A stretch of DNA of 64,000 nt from Paraspadella gotoi (Eukaryota > Animalia > Chaetognatha), in contig CM119269.1 in NCBI GenBank assembly GCA_051294375.1, positions 3,974,302 through 4,038,301 of the forward strand, in the 5' to 3' direction. The notes beneath the pieces were generated by a model. It made no database searches, was not told the origin of the DNA, and was given only the letters and a program-made list of their open reading frames with translations. Made by a program: the position numbers and the translations under genes. The stretch's first letter is position 1, and each line of letters begins with the position of its first letter. Positions 63,907 through 64,000 of this stretch are shown piece after piece.

Positions 63907-64000
63907 AAAAACGGACAAATGAATGAATGGAGAGACGAATGAATGAAGAAATCAGTAAATTTAACATCCAATAAATTATCGAAAGAGTGAAGTTTAAAGA

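Overview
Eukaryotic, intron-rich, microsatellite-rich animal DNA from a draft assembly with N gaps and indel-rich stretches; no prokaryotic features. Host genes: (i) a 14-exon + strand gene of unknown function (1-6133, 5' end outside the window); (ii) the first four coding exons of a bestrophin (-, 7877-9371); (iii) pieces of a very large coiled-coil repeat protein (-, 13174-21214; +, 55428-63750, including a ~0.8-kb coding tandem array), apparently scrambled by assembly; (iv) three error-laden exons resembling the IKK-alpha/beta ubiquitin-like and scaffold region (-, 38614-39744). The most notable mobile element is a near-intact Ty3/gypsy-type LTR retroelement (-, 21225-~30515). It has a probable single gag-pol frame, a degenerate OTU-like domain plus AT-hook between RNase H and integrase, a 50-bp hairpin tandem array, and a chuvirus/gB-like envelope gene. 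Other elements: an RT-less DIRS-type tyrosine-recombinase element with ITRs and an ICR in an unusual position (39781-42420), a TSD-flanked intronic insert carrying a Penelope-type minimal hammerhead ribozyme (18112-18754), an orphan 3' LTR, and two Helentron/HINE-like families. All family assignments come from motif recognition by eye, not database searches.
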